Below, one piece after another: positions 60,644-64,000 of a DNA stretch of 64,000 nt. Origin of the DNA: Bacilli bacterium (GTDB lineage Bacteria > Bacillota_I > Bacilli_A > RF39 > UBA660); assembly GCA_051872765.1 (NCBI GenBank), contig JBJEED010000091.1:17878-81877 (forward strand), in the 5' to 3' direction. Below the pieces are notes generated by a model that was not told where the DNA came from, made no database searches, and saw only the letters and a program-made list of their open reading frames with translations. The position numbers were made by a program, and so were the translations under genes. Position 1 is the first letter of the stretch. Every line of letters starts with the position of its first letter.

Positions 60644-60731
60644 ATTTACCTCCAGGTCAATTATATCATATATTTTGCAATATATTGAAAGAATTATATA
60701 TTTTTGATAAAATTATTTATGGTGGTTAGTA

Positions 60732-60860
60732 ATGAATATTTATGATTTATTGTTATTATGCAATATTAGAACTGAAGTAGCTTTATTAGCTTTAGTAGGT
60801 ATATGTATTATTTTTTTAATAATTATTTTAACTATTATTAAAAAAAAGAAAGAAAAGTAG
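60732..60860 (+). CDS. Possible 42-aa single-TM micro-protein upstream of the LtaS-like gene
   Basis: MNIYDLLLLCNIRTEVALLALVGICIIFLIIILTIIKKKKEK; found by manual translation, so low confidence. Confidence 0.2.
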   Translation: MNIYDLLLLCNIRTEVALLALVGICIIFLIIILTIIKKKKEK

Positions 60861-60861
60861 T

Positions 60862-62829
60862 ATGAATAAAAAAGTAGTAGTACCTATATGGTGGTTATTT
60901 TGGATTATATATTTAGAATTTATCTATAGAATATTTATAGTAGGTAATTTTTTTACAATGAATACTTTATCTGTAGTACTTTTTAGTTTTTTATGGATAA
61001 TATTTTTTTCTTTGATAACTACCTTATTTAAGGAAAGAGTAAATAGAATAATTACAATTTTAATATTATCGTTTATAATTTTAATAACATTAGCACAGAT
61101 TGTGTATTTTAATTTTTATAATTCAATATTTTCATTTTTTTCATTAACAACTGGTACTGGACAAGTAATGCAATTTTGGCAGATGATTATAGATGTTATA
61201 CTTAGAATTTGGTATATATTTGTTCTTATATTAGTTCCATATATTTTGTTTTTAATATTTAATAAAAAAATTGTATCATATAGAAGACTTAAATTATCAG
61301 GATATATTATAACATTATTAATTGGAGTTATTTCGTTAGTAGGAACGACTATTTATATAAAAATGGACAATAAGGGAATTTATTCATTAAATAGATTAAT
61401 ATATTCTACACATGCGCCAATGTTAACTATAGATAAAACTGGTTTATTTACTATGCAAGCAATAGATATATATAGATATTTATTTGGTTTTGATGAAGAA
61501 TATATCTTTCCTGTTGAAAAAGAAGAAACTGAAAAGGAAGATGTTGAAGAAGAGGTTAAAAAAATAGAATATAATAAATATGATATAGATTTTGATTTGT
61601 TAATAAGCAATGAAAAAAATGCTAAAGTAAAAAAAATACATGAGTATATGAAAAATGTAGAGCCTACTCAAAAAAATAAATATACTGGGATGTTTAAAGA
61701 TAAAAACTTAATATTTATTACAGCAGAAGCTTTTGATTCTATTGCTATTGATGAAAATATTACTCCAACGTTATATAAAATGGCAACTGAAGGAGCTAAG
61801 TTTGATAATTATTATCAACCATTATATCCTGTATCGACTTCAGATGGTGAATATTTAAATGTTATGTCACTAATTCCAAAAGAAGGTGTTTGGAGTTTTG
61901 CAAAAACAGGATCATTAGATATGAAATTTGCAATTGGAAATATGTTTAAAAATAACAATTATTTAACATTAGGTTATCATAATCATCATTATAAATATTA
62001 TGATAGGCATAAATCTCATCCTAATATAGGTCTTAAATATATGGGATGTAAGAATGGTCTTGAAAAGATTATGAATTGTAACAGATGGCCAAATAGTGAC
62101 AATGAGATGTTACAAGCAACATTACCTAGTTATATAAATAGTACAAATCCTTTTATGGTCTACTATATGACAGTTAGTGGGCATTTGAATTATAATTTTT
62201 ATGGTAATAATATGGCAAGTAGACATAAAAATGAAGTTAAAAATTTAAAATATAGTGATGCAGTTAAAGCCTATTATGCTACCCAAATAGAGTTAGATCT
62301 TGCAATGAAATATTTAATAGATGAGCTTACTGAAAAAGGTATATTGGAAGATACAGTTATAATAATTGCACCTGATCATTATCCATATGGTTTAAGTACA
62401 AAAGAGTTAAATGAGGTTAGTCTAACTGATAGAGGTGATAAATTTGAAAAATTTCATACATCTTTATTAATGTATAACCCTAAATTAAATGGAACATATA
62501 TAAATGATACAATAAGTGGATTAGATATACTTCCCACAATTTATAATTTATTTGGTATAGAATATGATTCTAGATTTTATATGGGTAAAGACATATTTAG
62601 TGAAGATGAACATATAGTGATACTTTCTGATAGAAGTTGGATTACTAGTAAGGGTAAATATAATAGTGTAACAAAAGAATTTATTAAGACTGTTGATGAA
62701 GATGTTCCAGATGATTATATTGATAATATTAACATGATGGTATCTTCAAAATTTTCGGTATCAGCATCCATATTAGATGTAAATTATTTTTCTAAGGTGA
62801 GTTTAAATGTTGAAAGTCCAAGTGTGTAA
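60862..62829 (+). CDS. LtaS-family polyglycerolphosphate/lipoteichoic acid synthase-like sulfatase-fold membrane protein
   Basis: Five N-terminal TM helices plus extracellular alkaline-phosphatase/sulfatase domain (about 655 aa). Confidence 0.75.
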   Translation: MNKKVVVPIWWLFWIIYLEFIYRIFIVGNFFTMNTLSVVLFSFLWIIFFSLITTLFKERVNRIITILILSFIILITLAQIVYFNFYNSIFSFFSLTTGTGQVMQFWQMIIDVILRIWYIFVLILVPYILFLIFNKKIVSYRRLKLSGYIITLLIGVISLVGTTIYIKMDNKGIYSLNRLIYSTHAPMLTIDKTGLFTMQAIDIYRYLFGFDEEYIFPVEKEETEKEDVEEEVKKIEYNKYDIDFDLLISNEKNAKVKKIHEYMKNVEPTQKNKYTGMFKDKNLIFITAEAFDSIAIDENITPTLYKMATEGAKFDNYYQPLYPVSTSDGEYLNVMSLIPKEGVWSFAKTGSLDMKFAIGNMFKNNNYLTLGYHNHHYKYYDRHKSHPNIGLKYMGCKNGLEKIMNCNRWPNSDNEMLQATLPSYINSTNPFMVYYMTVSGHLNYNFYGNNMASRHKNEVKNLKYSDAVKAYYATQIELDLAMKYLIDELTEKGILEDTVIIIAPDHYPYGLSTKELNEVSLTDRGDKFEKFHTSLLMYNPKLNGTYINDTISGLDILPTIYNLFGIEYDSRFYMGKDIFSEDEHIVILSDRSWITSKGKYNSVTKEFIKTVDEDVPDDYIDNINMMVSSKFSVSASILDVNYFSKVSLNVESPSV

Positions 62830-63628
62830 TTTAGATGTTAATAGCATATTAACTAGTGGAGCTTGTTTTAGATATATTATTGAAGATGATAATAGTATTA
62901 CCAATATATTAAAAGATAGAGTAATTAATATAAAACAAGATAAAGATATACTATATATTAAATCATCTAATTATGATAATTTAAAAGAAGTTATATTTGA
63001 TTATTTTGATTTAAATAGAGATTATGATGTAATAAACAAAGAATTAATTACTAATAATGATAATTTAAAAGATATAATTAATAGATGTAGTAATTATAGA
63101 ATATTAAATCAAGATTCTTTTGAGATGTGTATTAGTTATATTATAAGCCAAAATAATAATGTTAAAAGAATTAGTAAAACAATTAATGATTTAAGTAAAG
63201 AATATGGAACAAAAGTTGTATTTGAAAATAAAGAGTATTATTTATTTCCAAATTATGAGCAAATAAAAAATATTACTAATGAAGAACTAAAGCTATTTGG
63301 CGTTGGTTTTAGAGATAAGTATATTAAAAATTTTATAGATTTTTATCCTAGTATGAAAGATTTAAACAATTTATCAACAAAAGATGCTTTAGATGAACTT
63401 ATGAAAGTCAAAGGAATAGGATTAAAAGTAGCTTCATGTATATTATTATTTGGATATAAAAGATTAGATGTTTTTCCAATTGATACATGGGTAAAACAAT
63501 TTATATCTAATAATTACAATATAAAGAATAATCAAAAAGAAATAGAAAAGTTTGCTAAAGAAAATTTTGGAAAATATTCAGGTTTAGTTATACAATATAT
63601 GTTTCATAGTCAAAGGAATATTAAATAA
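62807..63628 (+). CDS. HhH-GPD DNA glycosylase (Ogg/AlkA family)
   Basis: HhH motif LMKVKGIGLKVASCILLFG and a following catalytic Asp (DVFPIDTW). Confidence 0.7.
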   Translation: MLKVQVCNLDVNSILTSGACFRYIIEDDNSITNILKDRVINIKQDKDILYIKSSNYDNLKEVIFDYFDLNRDYDVINKELITNNDNLKDIINRCSNYRILNQDSFEMCISYIISQNNNVKRISKTINDLSKEYGTKVVFENKEYYLFPNYEQIKNITNEELKLFGVGFRDKYIKNFIDFYPSMKDLNNLSTKDALDELMKVKGIGLKVASCILLFGYKRLDVFPIDTWVKQFISNNYNIKNNQKEIEKFAKENFGKYSGLVIQYMFHSQRNIK

Positions 63629-63865
63629 GTTGTAATTTTAAATAATATGTGCTATTATTTTTTATAAGAGGAATAAGTATGATAAAGAATAATATTTTTA
63701 ATTCTATTACTGGTTTTAATTATTTAATTTCTTTATCATTATTTTCCTTTTTTATTTTTAATATCATCTTATGATGATATTTTTTTATATAAAATTATTA
63801 TGAAAGGAGTTGTATATAAAAAAAGAAAATTTTGTTTAATAATTAAATATTTAAGGAGGAAATAT

Positions 63866-64000
63866 ATGAAAGAGATTATTTTAAATCATCCTATGATTAC
63901 ACATAAATTATCAATATTAAGAGATAAAAATACAGGTACAAAAAAATTTAAAGAATTAATTAGTGAAATATCAATGATCCTTTGTTATGAGGCAACAAAA
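63866..64000 (+). CDS. upp: Uracil phosphoribosyltransferase, N-terminal part (runs off the window)
   Basis: [35 protein letters not shown] matches the Upp N-terminus. Confidence 0.85.
   Translation, partial: MKEIILNHPMITHKLSILRDKNTGTKKFKELISEISMILCYEATK

Overview
This 64-kb window is the replication-origin region of a very AT-rich (about 25% GC by eye) endospore-forming Firmicute, probably a Clostridia-class organism. It runs from rnpA-rpmH through dnaA, dnaN, recF, gyrB and gyrA, then ffs, tadA, dnaX, ybaB, recR, bofA, holB, yaaT, yabB, rsmI, pth, mfd, spoVT, tatD, yabE, ksgA, yabG, veg, spoVG, yabP, yabQ, divIC, tilS, ftsH, tsaB, rimI and tsaD. This backbone is interrupted by several accessory insertions. 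Most of the window is housekeeping and sporulation backbone. The findings are listed in order of interest. (1) A roughly 3.2-kb element carrying a large serine recombinase splits a small tandem-LysM gene. It is bounded by a 9-bp direct repeat (TGGGGATAC) that would restore the reading frame on excision, which looks like a sporulation-type intervening element. (2) A tight cluster of five identical parS-like 16-mers (TGTTTCACATGAAACA) plus two CCCGGG-centred perfect palindromes sits in an 800-bp non-coding gap between gyrA and ffs. This is a candidate chromosomal centromere. (3) A ComK-family gene sits between dnaN and recF, preceded by two Spo0A-box matches. (4) A TasA/SipW-type matrix operon lies between veg and spoVG. 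It contains an unusual polytopic-membrane::SipW fusion and a 779-aa protein with SipW-cognate signal peptide, Fn3 and an internal Hint (intein-like) domain. (5) A T9G8 homopolymeric tract lies at the start of an ORFan gene, a candidate phase-variation switch. (6) A Cys-rich pilin-like secreted protein is paired with a membrane thioredoxin (CPNC). (7) A divergent RNB-family protein lacks the cold-shock and S1 domains. (8) A tandem pair of orphan hybrid histidine kinases is inserted in the sporulation gene cluster. No CRISPR array, IS transposase or prophage structural genes were recognised.
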